From contig BAAIJX010000093.1 of NCBI GenBank assembly GCA_054600435.1, forward strand, positions 1 through 52,193: a stretch of 52,193 nt of DNA, read 5' to 3'. The notes beneath the pieces were generated by a model. That model was not told where the DNA came from and ran no database searches. It saw only the letters and a program-made list of their open reading frames with translations. Of this stretch, positions 32,164-43,424 are shown one piece after another. Numbering within the stretch: position 1 is the stretch's first letter; each line of letters opens with the position of its first letter. The translations under genes were made by a program, and so were the position numbers. Origin of the DNA: Neophaeotheca triangularis (taxonomy: Eukaryota).

Positions 32164-33383
32164 TAGCGAGGGGTGAGAAGAATGAGTCCAAGTGGAGGTG
32201 CGTGGCTTGGTAGTCGCCGGTACTTCTCGCCTCACCTCGCCTGCTCAACTGCGGTTTTGATCTGTGAGCTTCTGACTTGGATGCCGCTCGATGACTAACG
32301 TGATATATCGCTCGATGTTGCGCGAGCAATAGTACCACCCCACAGGTACCCGTGTCAGTCTCCAGTGTCCGCCGTCTCCACAAATTCTCAGTGTCGCCTC
32401 GAACGCTCCCTGCTCGTTTTCTGAAGTCTGCTCCAAAAGCTCCGCCCCTTCCTACCGAGATTCCTGGAGTCTTATAGATAGATAATGCGGTCGTTACAAG
32501 CCTGTTACCATGGGTCTACTGGGGAACGAAGACGGAGGTCGGATCTGACCTTCGTTGTATAGGTGGGTGGGCTACAACTTGTTCCCTCACCCCATTGTCG
32601 CGATTCAATGGGGAGTTTGACTTGATTGTAGAGACGGCTTAACCGTAGAACCTTGATATACACAATCTAGGCTTTGGAAGGGATATAGTTGTTTGTGCTA
32701 TTGCGTCCAGGGCTTCAAGGGGCTTAGTGTTCGGTGTGCGTTGCGGCATCATATATAGATGGGCGTTTGTTGGAATACAACTCTGTCTATCGGCACTGGT
32801 TACCTTGCCAAGAATAAAAGTCGTTTTTACACCCAGCTCTCTCGACCACGCTATCTCCGGTGGTTTGCAAGTCAACTCGGTTAAACAAACAGAACTGTCA
32901 CCAATTGGCCCAGTATTGTCTTCTTGGTGAGACTACGATGATGCACCGGAAAGTACCAGGGGCAGACAGCCGCTGGCTGGCAGTGTCAAGAGTGACACCG
33001 GGGTGTTGAACGATTGAGAAATTGCTTTTCGGTGCTCGAGTGATCTAGTTAGCGTTCGATTGACATTATTCGAGGGCAACGGCAGCTTTAAAACACGTTC
33101 ACGAGTGACTCTTCGAGTTTCTAGTCATGTAGTTGTTCCGCGCGGTCCCGAAGGTGACATGGAACATCTCCATGAATCGTCAACGATTTCCCAGTCCACA
33201 GCAGTACTACGATAGTAGCACGCCTCCTTTGCAGTCAATCATGGACGCGGGCCCCTCAACTCCTTTCTCCCGCACCTTCTCCACCTCCCACCTCTCCTTC
33301 CTCGCAAACAACCCAAACGATCTGTTCAATTCATCTCCCCCTCTATAATCAATCCCTCGCACCATACCATCAACACAACCAAC

Positions 33384-33977
33384 ATGTCCTACTACTACGC
33401 CAACGGTTATCCCATGTCGGCAGCATCCCGTGGTCTCTACGGCCGAGGCCGGTACGAAAGAAACGAAGGCTGGTTCGGAGAACCAAAAGGTAGACCAGCC
33501 CCTCACCCCTCTGCTCTACCCTGCTTAAGAAGTAAAGACCAACGACTAACCCGCTTCCTAACAGGTTCCTTCCGCAACTACCTCTCCAACGCCTTCGGCG
33601 GCAGCGGCGGCTACGGCAGCGGCATCTACGATTACCCGGAGCCCAACAACGGCAGAGCTAGTTCCAGCAAGGTCAATAACCGCTGGAGCAGCTATCACGT
33701 CATCGACGGCTTCCGCGAAGGCGGGCGTAACAGTCGTCCCCCCAACGGCCGCGTGGTCGCGAGTGGGCTGGGGGGACACTCGCGCCGTCGGCCGAGGGAC
33801 CGTAGCCCGCCGAGAGAGGTTTACCCGACTTTGGGATATCCGCCGAGATTGAGTGCGAGGAGCGAGAGGTTGAGCTCTGGGTCGGGCTATTCGGACTGGT
33901 CTGCGCCTTGGGCGAGTCGGTCCAGGGCCGCTGATGCAGGGAGTTGGAGATCCAGCTGGGGTTGGCGTTGGGCGTGA
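33384..33977 (+). CDS. Small Tyr/Gly/Arg/Ser-rich hypothetical protein
   Basis: ATG in CAACATG context after a CT-rich leader. Probable in-frame 75-nt intron 33490-33564 (GTAGAC...GACTAAC...CAG). Confidence 0.65.
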   Translation: MSYYYANGYPMSAASRGLYGRGRYERNEGWFGEPKGRPAPHPSALPCLRSKDQRLTRFLTGSFRNYLSNAFGGSGGYGSGIYDYPEPNNGRASSSKVNNRWSSYHVIDGFREGGRNSRPPNGRVVASGLGGHSRRRPRDRSPPREVYPTLGYPPRLSARSERLSSGSGYSDWSAPWASRSRAADAGSWRSSWGWRWA

Positions 33978-34861
33978 TGGGTGATAGCCAGCGTACTATA
34001 AGGGACAGCTTTGTTCGGTCTTTGGCGGCCAGTGGAGAGTCTGGTTTGGTTGGGGGCTCAGCGAGGAAATGGCTCAAGGCTGGGTCCCGTCAAAGCAGAG
34101 CGTTATGTCGTATCTGCAAGCTTGTAATGTAGCTTTTTCGATCGTTCGTAGCGGCGTACAGCAATAATGAGCTTGAAAGCAGTGCGTAGCCTCATGGAGA
34201 GTGATGGTGACGGGTAAGTCTGTGATGATGTGTGGAAGTGATGATAGCTCGAGGGAATAGCTGGAAAATGCTGTAGCAAGCCTACCTGTTTAAGATTGGC
34301 TAGCAGAGCATCTGCCGGAAGCGCGAGTGTGCAAGAGTCTTACCGAAAGCGTTCTTGCTTCTGTCTTCGTGCCCGGGAAAGACATGGATATGGTGATGTT
34401 TCCGTACAATGCCGATGTGGAAATTCCATGCATTTCTCAAGACCAGCATACCACCGAAACCGGTAGCGCACCGCAGTCATGCCATCCCTATAGCAAACCC
34501 ACATTCCATTCCGGCGTATCGGCTCTGGACAACGCTTTGTCCGCAGACTGCAGCATTCCGACCTTGTCTCGTGGAATGCTTGGCACGACTCCAGCTCGCT
34601 GAGTGGCTGTGGTTGTAGAACAAAGAGCGACGAGTGACCGAAAGCGATCAGCAAGCGTCGCACATCGTTCGCTTGCATCAAAGCCAAAAGCAAATACCCT
34701 CCACCAACCGCAAACGGCAGTCAGCACAATGCCCAAAACCCCGGCGCCTCGAAGGAAGCGCATCTTCTTCCACGATCCATACTATCTCGTCGCATTTTCG
34801 CAAGCTGCTTGCCAACCTACCAACAATACCCTCAAATCTGTAATCGAAAACCACAGCAACC

Positions 34862-36454
34862 ATGCCCGTTACCCGCGCCCTCGCCAAGTCGGGCAAAACC
34901 GCCTTCAGCGAGCTGTACCCGCAGGCGCCGGATAGTCTGACGAAGAAGCCGAAGAAGAAGAGCGCGCCGAAAAAGCCTGGGCAAGCTAGGGTCACTAAGC
35001 CCAGGGGCACAGGGAGAGGAAAAGCCAAGGGAAAGGGGAAGAAGAAGGCGGCTCCGAAGAAGAAAAGCAAGAGCGAAAAGCCAGCGGAGGGAAAAGAGAG
35101 TGAAGATGCCACTATGACGAGCGAGGCGGCTCCCGCAGATGATCCGTCGCAAGCTCCTCGCCCGAGAGGCCCTCCTCCAGCTCCAGCACCACCTCCACCC
35201 CCGCCCAGGCCCTACCCTCCCCCGGCTCCTCCAAGGCCCACTCCTCCCCCACCGCCATTCTACGCAGCTTCGGCTGAAGAGCAGGGGGTTTCCGCAATGA
35301 GCGAGGCAGCTCCGGCACCGTCTGTTCACGCATCGATGTCGACTCCCTACTCTCCGATGTCCATCCACCACGGCCCGACATCGACCCAGTATGCTCCGAC
35401 GGCCAGGCGGCCGACTCCCCTCAAGACCACGTCTGAAGATGCTCCGCCTACTCCAGCGTCGGAACAGGCCTTGACACATCGCGGCTACTCTTCGGCGTCT
35501 TCGATGTCGCAGCCGGAGCGTTCGCCTGTGCCAAGGTACTCGCCCGTTGTGGAACCAAGTACTCCTGAGTTTTACAAGTCTAAACCAGGGTTTGCGGAGG
35601 GTTACCGAGAGGGGTATTCTTCTGTGAACGAGGAAACCAAGGATGAGGCGTCGTCGACATCGCAACCCGAGTACTCACCCTTGCCCAAGTACTCGCCCGT
35701 CGTGGAACCGAGTACTCCGGAGTTCTACAAATCTCAACCAGGATTTGCGGAGGGTTACCGCGAGGGGCACTCTTCTGTCAACGAGGAACCCAAGAAAGAT
35801 ACGGCCACCAGCATCAAAGAGGGTTCCGCTAGGCTGATCGGAGCAATCGATTCAAAGGGGACTTTTGGCCAGGTAAGTCACGTTCTTCGAACTTCATCTC
35901 TCGGATGAATACTAATAAATGTGCATCAGCCTCCACACTCGCCAAGCCCAGCTACCCCGTCATTCGGGGGTTTCAGGGAAAAGTTCACCGCGTCAAAATC
36001 GCACGCGAGTGACTACGGCCCATTCTCAGCACCCTCGACTAAGACACAGTTCAGCGACGAGCTCTCCTCACCAATGACAACGGCTTCGGGGTCCGAGGCC
36101 CGCTATTCGCCACCGTACAAGCCGTCCTCGCCACAGTACAAGCCGTCCTCACCACCGTACAAGCCTTCCTCACCGACATTTGAGCCCGAATCGCCGATTT
36201 ACAACTCCGCTTCGGCGACTTCTTACCAGTCCTCGGCGCCGATGATGGGGTCGGCATCAGAGACGAAGGTGGAGGTGGCGGCATCGGCTCCCACTGTGGA
36301 ATCTGCGGAGGAAGACACGGACATCGACAGGCTCTTCGGGGACGGCAATGGCGGTGGCGAGGATGCAGCGGCGCAGGTCGAGGCCACCCCGACTCCGCCG
36401 TCTGTGCCGAAGGTCATTGATGAGTTGTCCAGGTCGCCGTCGATTGGGATGTGA
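34862..36454 (+). CDS. Lys/Pro/Ser-rich hypothetical protein with internal duplication and CTD-like heptads
   Basis: Exons 34862-35872 and 35930-36454 joined by a phase-0 intron (GTAAGT...ACTAAT...CAG). Basic N-terminus, poly-Pro tract, 153-bp duplication, YKPSSP repeats. Confidence 0.75.
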
Positions 36455-36868
36455 GGTTGGAATGATTCAGCTAGGGGGATTCTGCGGGTTGAGACGTGGC
36501 TTGTGCCGTTTTTGTCATGCGTTTTTTGCCCTTTCTATTGGAGTTTCCAGTCGAGTTTTCGTAGTCGGATAATACTCGGGCGATTTTGAATACATTGCAG
36601 GCTACACGTGACTCTTATCTGATGTGCCATCGAGCCTGTTACCGGGATTTCATTCGGTGGCAGTATCTGCGATTGATGAAGAACGGTGTATATCTAGTCT
36701 TTTTTTCGGTCGTGGCGTGAAAGAAGTGAGAAGTCTCGCAGTCGCTTAATGCGGAGGTAAGTCGATTTACGCGAGAGATGAACCAGCCGATAAGCGCGAT
36801 AAGCGCGATAAGGATGTGAGTTGAGGCTGAACTTGTCTTGGCTTTCCCGGGCTTTCTCCGCTCGGCCC

Positions 36869-36944
36869 AAATTTTTCCTCACTCGTTGCAGCTTTCCATT
36901 CCCGTCACTGTCACTCGAGATTTCCACTGCGCAATCCTCATCGC
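36869..36944 (+). promoter_or_regulatory. Candidate RRPE-like and PAC motifs upstream of SRP40
   Basis: AAATTTTTC at 36869-36877 and CTCATCGC (reverse complement of GCGATGAG) at 36937-36944, upstream of a ribosome-biogenesis gene. Confidence 0.45.
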
Positions 36945-37032
36945 CTTTGACCTTTCGTACAAGCTTAGGACTTCCATACCTCACCTCTTTCGCACCGACA
37001 CTGACACCGCCCTCACCACCACCACCACCACC

Positions 37033-38355
37033 ATGCCCTCGTCCTCCAAGCGCGGCAGCGGCAGCCCAGCGCCCACCCACCTTCCAATCGCCCTCTGGGA
37101 TGCCTACTCCAACCCAGCCCCGGAAATGGGTGCCATGCTTTCCCAAGCCGCCCACTTTCTCGAAGCCATCGGCTACCACAAGACGTTCGCCGCTCTCCTC
37201 GACGAAGCCGCCAAAGCCGGAATCGACGTCGACATCGTGCGTTGGGACGAAGGCGTCAACCAGCAGCTCGTGCCCAGCATGCAGGACATGTGGGATACCT
37301 GGGCCGACAGCGCCGGCGAGATGCCCAAGATGCCCGCCTACGACGACGTGGATCCGCAGATCAGGGCCGCCGTCGAGGGTGTCGTCGTAAAGCCTGTCAC
37401 CGACGACAGCAGCTCCGCCAGCAGTAGTAGCGACAAGTCCTCTTCGCCTGACCCCACCCCTTCGCCGAAGAAAAAGGACCTCAAGCGCAAGAGGAGCGTC
37501 TCTTCGTCTTCATCCTCTTCCGATTCCGGCTCGAGCAACTCTTCCAGCTCCGACAGCGACAGCGACAGCGATTCCTCTTCCTCTTCCTCTTCCGACTCTG
37601 ACGCTCGCCCAGCCAAGCGCTCCAAAGTCACAAAGTCAGACTCGAGCTCCGCTAGCTCTTCCAGCGAGAGCGAAGACGAGAACAGCAGCAGCAGTGATAG
37701 TGACAGCAGCAGCGAAGCCAGCAGCGACGATGTGGAGATCTCCTCGGTCCCCAACAAGAGCGACTCATCGTCTTCGAGCTCTTCCGACTCTTCCGACTCC
37801 GACTCCGACTCTGGGTCCAAGAAGAAGCAGAAGAAAGCCGCAATCGCCATCCCTATCGAGCCGGAGTCAGGTGCTTCTTCCGCAACCCTCGGCCGTGACT
37901 CTCCCCAAGCCAAACCCACCGACACACTCGTGATCACTGCCGAAGCTGCGCCCGCCCCCAGCAATGGCGCCATCCACCCCTCGCGTCTCTCCCGCGTACC
38001 CAAAGGCAACAACGCCGTCATCGAACAGACCACCACGACCATGCCCGCCTCCGCCGAGAACATCGCCCAGCTCAAGAAAGTCCCCTTCAGCCGCATCCCA
38101 CAAGACACCTACGTTGACCCGCGTTTCTCCAGCAATGCGTACCAGAGCTACGATTACGCCGACAGGGCTTTTCAGGATTTGAGCGTCACGAAAGGCAAGG
38201 GCTTTACCAAGGAGAAGAACAAGAAGAAGAAGGGTGAGTCTGACAATGATGGTTGAATATGTTTTGGTTCGGATGGCTGACTTTACTTGCTTGCAGGCGC
38301 CTACCGAGGTGGTGCCATCGACCTTGCGCCCAAGGGCATCAAGTTTGAGGACTAG
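37033..38355 (+). CDS. SRP40: Nucleolar Srp40/Nopp140-family protein
   Basis: Exons 37033-38233 and 38297-38355. LisH-like N-terminus (AAHFLEAIGYHKT), Ser/Asp tracts alternating with basic patches, SRP40 C-terminal domain (PFSRIP...[35 protein letters not shown]...IKFED). Confidence 0.95.
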
Positions 38356-41161
38356 ACGCTTCCCTTCTTTTGCCTTTGCCGGTCTGTGAGAGATGCGAAT
38401 CCGATGCGATGCGTTCACTGCACCGATCACGCTTCCTCAAAACCTAGACTGCGCTGCACCGACAGCCTCCCGCCCTCCGCGACGGCCAAACCCACGCCGC
38501 GCCGCTGCCAGGCCCAGCCATCGCCTCCAACTCCTCAGTCGCTTGTCGAACGTGGTAATCTCGTCAACAGCTTCACAGATGAGAGCAAGGCAGCATCCAA
38601 ACCGTGCGCAGGGCATACCCAGCCTTTTCCTTTGTCATCACATAAATCGGAAAGCGGACCAACAGAGGTCCGTCAGGCGGGGCGCCTTTGTGCGTGTACA
38701 CCAGATTTTTCCAGATTTTTCATAGATATAGACGTAGTTGGAGGATGGTAGATGGGTGCATTTCTTTTGTATAGCTACAGTATGTACCTTTGCTGCTTCC
38801 CTGGCTTCCTTGGCTTGCTTTGCTTCGCTATTGTCTGATGCTCTCCCTTGTCTTGCTGCTACGTCTCGCTCTGCCATATCGTTTCCTCTGGTGGCCTATG
38901 TAAGTCGTCGCGCCTGGTCTTTCTTTCTCTCCGGGGTTCTGCTCTATCTTGTGCTTGCTGCTTACTTGCCCGATTTTTCCTGTGGTGCACCACACGAGGG
39001 CCTGCTGTGATGACACCGACGGCAGCTATATAAGTCCCCGGCTGACGGATGTCCGGCCAGCGGGCTTCACCTTATCTTCTCTTCCTTTCTCCACTTAAGC
39101 TCAGCGGGTTGTTTGGATATCTGGGTGCCCTACCTCTGGCGAAAGAACCTGTTCCCCTCTCTGGGCTTAAAAGTCTTGCGTTTCTGTCGATAGTCCGTTA
39201 GGCGGTACCCCTTGCTTATTCTTAGATGTAACATCGTTGGCTAGCGCAAATGTTCGCCTCAAATCAGGCGCATGCTTTCGATAGCAGAGTGCGCGCCCCA
39301 CTTACGAAGAAGATACTCGAGAGCCCACGGAAGACTTACAAACGTTGCTGTCTTCGTGCCCCCTGTCGTCGATCGAGCACAGCGAATTGTGCCACACATG
39401 CCATATTGCGCCCCCGAGCCATTGGTGCGAGATCATGGTGCGGGAATGCTGCCGTAGGGACCTTTGACGGATTGTGTGGCAACCATGAATCTTGTGCATC
39501 GGCCTGAACGAGCTCATGCTGCTACTGCACAAGTCGTACATTGTTCGGTAGGTCCATTTACTCCAGCCTAAAAGGAACGATCTCCCATGCCTCGAAAAAG
39601 CAAAAGGAAACTCCAATCTCGAGATTGGAGGAAGGAAAGACCAATACAGGTTTTCACTTTCTTAGTTGATGTCGACTCAGTTCGATAGGAGGAGGATGTG
39701 TCGTTTCGTTCGATGGGATGAGGAGGGTTCGTCGGTCCGGTCGGTCGCCTTTTCTTATTCCATTTTAATTGTTATAGATCCAAGCTCTTTCTGACGACAG
39801 AGAGGTTCGAACACAGCACCTTCATCCGGATTAAGAAGTCCCGCAATACCTGCTCACTTACCTCGAACTTGGCAAGTGAGTTTGACTTGGATTGGGACGT
39901 CCTAAACCGTTGGGCTACTGTGACTCTCGTAATGGTGTTCTGGCGCAAGCGATCTATATACATTGGGTTTTTAAGGGGGGGCTAAGCTAGGTATGTTCTT
40001 GCACAGATGGCTACGACGGTCTGCTGGCGTCGTCGTGGCACTGTCGACCATCGCCTCACCTACCACACCGCTTCAACTACCAATTATCTGCGCCTCCGCA
40101 CCATTTTGGAAGCGATAATCTAGCAACCTGCACAACTTTCCGCACACTCGCTATTCCTTCAACACCGAACCCTCAGTTGTCATCTCTCCTTGCTCACCGC
40201 ACGTCAGGAGCTGCATCTAGCGTCCCAGGCGACGTCGGTAGGCCAAAAGAGGATCCGCCACCCCACAGACGAAGACTCATTACATTGTGTTCCCTCGGAT
40301 GACCAAGAGTTCTACGAAATTCAGGCCGCTTTTCGCGTATGATTTCACCCCAGAGAAGCAACGCCGCTAAGAACCATACCGCGGTACCTGGTAGCGGAAG
40401 ACCCTACACCGTATGCTACTCGACGAGAGCGATGATGAAGAGCTAGAAGGATTTACCGAAAGAGAGGCTGCTGGTTTCTTATATCGGGGCACTGAAGTGC
40501 TATGAAAATGAGGCAGGTTCCAGCAGTAGTATAGCGAGATCATGCGAGGCGAAGGCCAGAAACCTGCCGAAAGACTCCACGCTGCAAAAAATTCAGATGC
40601 ATGCTGCAAGGACTCGCCAAACATGAAACGGTTGCTATGAGCTGTTGTGCCAACTGACCTGACCAAGGCGTGACTTTCACAAAGAGTGCCGGACTACACG
40701 CTCGAACATGGCTGTTCACATCCATCATGGCCACCAAAGTTGTCAAAGACGGCAAAATACGCCAATACGACATGCTGAATTTCACCAATCAACGCGCCAA
40801 CCTCTTTTTACCACCAGCTTTCCACTATGTCGTCCAGCACCGTGCCTACGTGGAACACAAGCTCAATCGGGTATTTCAAGATCATTGAAACAGGATGCCT
40901 TCCATGAGCGGTGACCAGTTATAGCCCAGCTCTACTGACTCCCATGTCAAGGATAATCCGACGAGAGTCATGCCATGTGATTAACGTCGCTTTCGAACTG
41001 TACGACCATGTCAAAGTGTACGAGGGCAAATGAATACTTGGACGGCATTGGGATGAGCAAGTGACAATGGAAAAGACGCTTTCGATTCGAGAACTAGCAC
41101 AGAAGACCCGTACTCTGTTGATACATGGAAAATCACGAATTACCTCCCCTCATCAGCGATC

Positions 41162-41557
41162 TCACGACTCCTTCTCACCCTCCACCATCTGCCAATCGGA
41201 CTCACCTTCCTCAACCTTCTCCCAATCACTCTCGTCAACCACAGCCTCAGCCCCGTCCTTCGTCCCCTCGGCAAACCTCACCTTCTTTCCCTCAGACTTA
41301 CCTTCACCGGTTGTAGACTTACCTTGATCATCCACAACTTCCCACTCAACGTCCGTCTTCTTCTCGAGCTTGTAGACAGCCATGCTGGTCTGCCTCATTT
41401 TCTGCACGGCCTTCTTGTAAGCGGGTTTGCCGAGCCTGGCACGGTGGCTGTCAAAGTCTTTGACCTTGTCGTGTTGTTTTGCAAACTCTTCCTCTGCTGC
41501 GCGGCGGGCGGCGTTGATGGACTCGGCCGTTTGTGTTTTTTTGTTGGTGCGAGGCAT
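41162..41557 (-). CDS. Small charged orphan protein (131 aa)
   Basis: ATG at 41557 (MPRTNKKT). Basic helical N-half; acidic C-tail with KKVRF and three W-x-x-V motifs. Confidence 0.65.
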   Translation of the reverse strand: MPRTNKKTQTAESINAARRAAEEEFAKQHDKVKDFDSHRARLGKPAYKKAVQKMRQTSMAVYKLEKKTDVEWEVVDDQGKSTTGEGKSEGKKVRFAEGTKDGAEAVVDESDWEKVEEGESDWQMVEGEKES

Positions 41558-42173
41558 CTTTTTCACGTTGAAGTGGGACGTGTGGCGTTTTTGTGGGATG
41601 CTGCCGGCAGCGGTGAGAAGAGAGTTTGTGTTGGGTGTGGTCAGTGGATTGGTGAGTTTGTGTTTTGCTGGAAATCTACATCTGACGGAGAACTCAAGGT
41701 TTGATATAGACTTCGACGGTACAATGGCATTGTTGCTACGGCTTCTTTGTCTGTCTACCCATGGCAACAAACCGGCGTTGTTCTCGGGTGCAATCTACAA
41801 AGCCAGAACTCTGTCCTCCATCAGGTCTAGGTCTTTGTATGCTGGGGAACAATGCCCTTGTTGACTGCTACGCTCATTGTTTATCGCTCTTCCAGGGATA
41901 CGCGAAGAGTCCTCCTTGGACGCGGACAAAGATATTGGTTCAGGGTGAAAGAGCCAACATTGTTCGTCGAGTACAACACAATCGCTTTGTTCAGTCTGCG
42001 ACCCCCCGCTATAAAAGTCAGTCGAGTGTCGCGACAGTGTAACTTCTTTTTCTCTTCAGTATCAAACACATCCTACTCCTCCCCATCCTACTGACATCTT
42101 CAACAGCTCCCACCGCCGACTCTTCGTTCGAAATTTACCAACACTTCCACTAAACAACAACCTACCAAGCAAC

Positions 42174-43424
42174 ATGGACGCTTCTTCTCAGCAGGCTGAG
42201 AGACGCGTTCGCTTTGCTCCCGACGTTCAGACCACGGATGGTACCTCGCGTGCCATGTCTGAGTTTCAACGAACCAACGCCAACTACACACCAGGACGTT
42301 ACGCATCCGAAGTCGGTTTTGAGAACACCTCGAACCCTCCCAGGGTCGTCGACGACGGGCGAAGTGAAGCACCTGTGGACCGCGACGGCAACTTCTCGAT
42401 GGAGGACGCGCAGACGGGCGAAATCGCCAACGAATACGGTGAGTTTGGTGTGAGTGGTGGAGAAGCACGCGTGGACCGCGACGGCAACTTCTCGATGGAG
42501 GACGCGCAGACGGGAGAGATTGCCAACGAATACGGTGAGTTTGGACTGCGTGGTGGAGGAACGAGGAAGGGAGGCAACAGCGATGGAGCAATTGTCATTG
42601 ACTCTGACTCTGACGAAGAAGACTCTGACGAAGAAGTTACCAGCAAACTCGCCACCAAGATTGAAGAACTCAGAGATCAATTGACGGCGTTCCGAAACCA
42701 GGCAAAGAAACGAGCTCAGCCGCGCGTGGACCGCGAAGGCAACATCTCGATGGAGGACGCGCAGACGGGCGAAACCGCCAACGAGTACGGTGAGTTTGGT
42801 GTGAGTGGTTCAAAGAGGAGGGCGGCCGACAACAGCGCTGAAGCAATGATGATCGACTCCGGCGAGGAGGAAGACGACGAAAACGAAGAAGAAGCTCCAG
42901 CCAAACTGTCTACCAACCTCGAAGAACTCAAAGACCAGCTGGAAGTGGTCCAAAACCAGGTATGTAAAGCAGCCCGACCTTCGCAAGAGTACTTGGCCCA
43001 ACTCAACGGCATCCGCGACCAGGTTCGCCGCCTGGACGCACCCAACCGCTTCCAACGATTGACCGGCCTAGAGCTCAGCGCCTCAATTTACGAGGAAGAT
43101 GCGCTGGACATGACCCCAGCCGACATTATGGAGGTGACCGACCAATTCCACGACGCGCTTCTCCAAGCCTGCAAAGATCTCAGGACCGCCAAAGGCGTCC
43201 GCGCCCCAAGAGTCGTGACTTCAGCGGTGTCGAGGCGCGCGCAACCCATCCGAGAGAGGCCAGCAGCGGCCACGCCGGCAAAAGCTGGTTTGAACCTTCC
43301 CATTCGCACCAGGCAGGGGTTCAACTTGCCAATTCGTGTGAAACCGGGCTCGAGCACCTCCAACAGCGACAAGAACCCAAGCAAGGTCGCAAAACCCTCA
43401 AAGGGGAAGAGTCGCAAGTCTTAG
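42174..43424 (+). CDS. Orphan repeat protein (416 aa)
   Basis: Intronless ORF with an upstream TATAAAA (~42010) and CT/CA-rich leader. Three copies of VDR(D/E)GNxSMEDAQTGExANEYGEFG and two acidic/coiled-coil modules. Confidence 0.8.
   Translation: MDASSQQAERRVRFAPDVQTTDGTSRAMSEFQRTNANYTPGRYASEVGFENTSNPPRVVDDGRSEAPVDRDGNFSMEDAQTGEIANEYGEFGVSGGEARVDRDGNFSMEDAQTGEIANEYGEFGLRGGGTRKGGNSDGAIVIDSDSDEEDSDEEVTSKLATKIEELRDQLTAFRNQAKKRAQPRVDREGNISMEDAQTGETANEYGEFGVSGSKRRAADNSAEAMMIDSGEEEDDENEEEAPAKLSTNLEELKDQLEVVQNQVCKAARPSQEYLAQLNGIRDQVRRLDAPNRFQRLTGLELSASIYEEDALDMTPADIMEVTDQFHDALLQACKDLRTAKGVRAPRVVTSAVSRRAQPIRERPAAATPAKAGLNLPIRTRQGFNLPIRVKPGSSTSNSDKNPSKVAKPSKGKSRKS

Noticed and set aside
34190..34270. 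TGATGA motifs suggesting a C/D box snoRNA
   Set aside because: No suitably placed CTGA D box or terminal stem seen.
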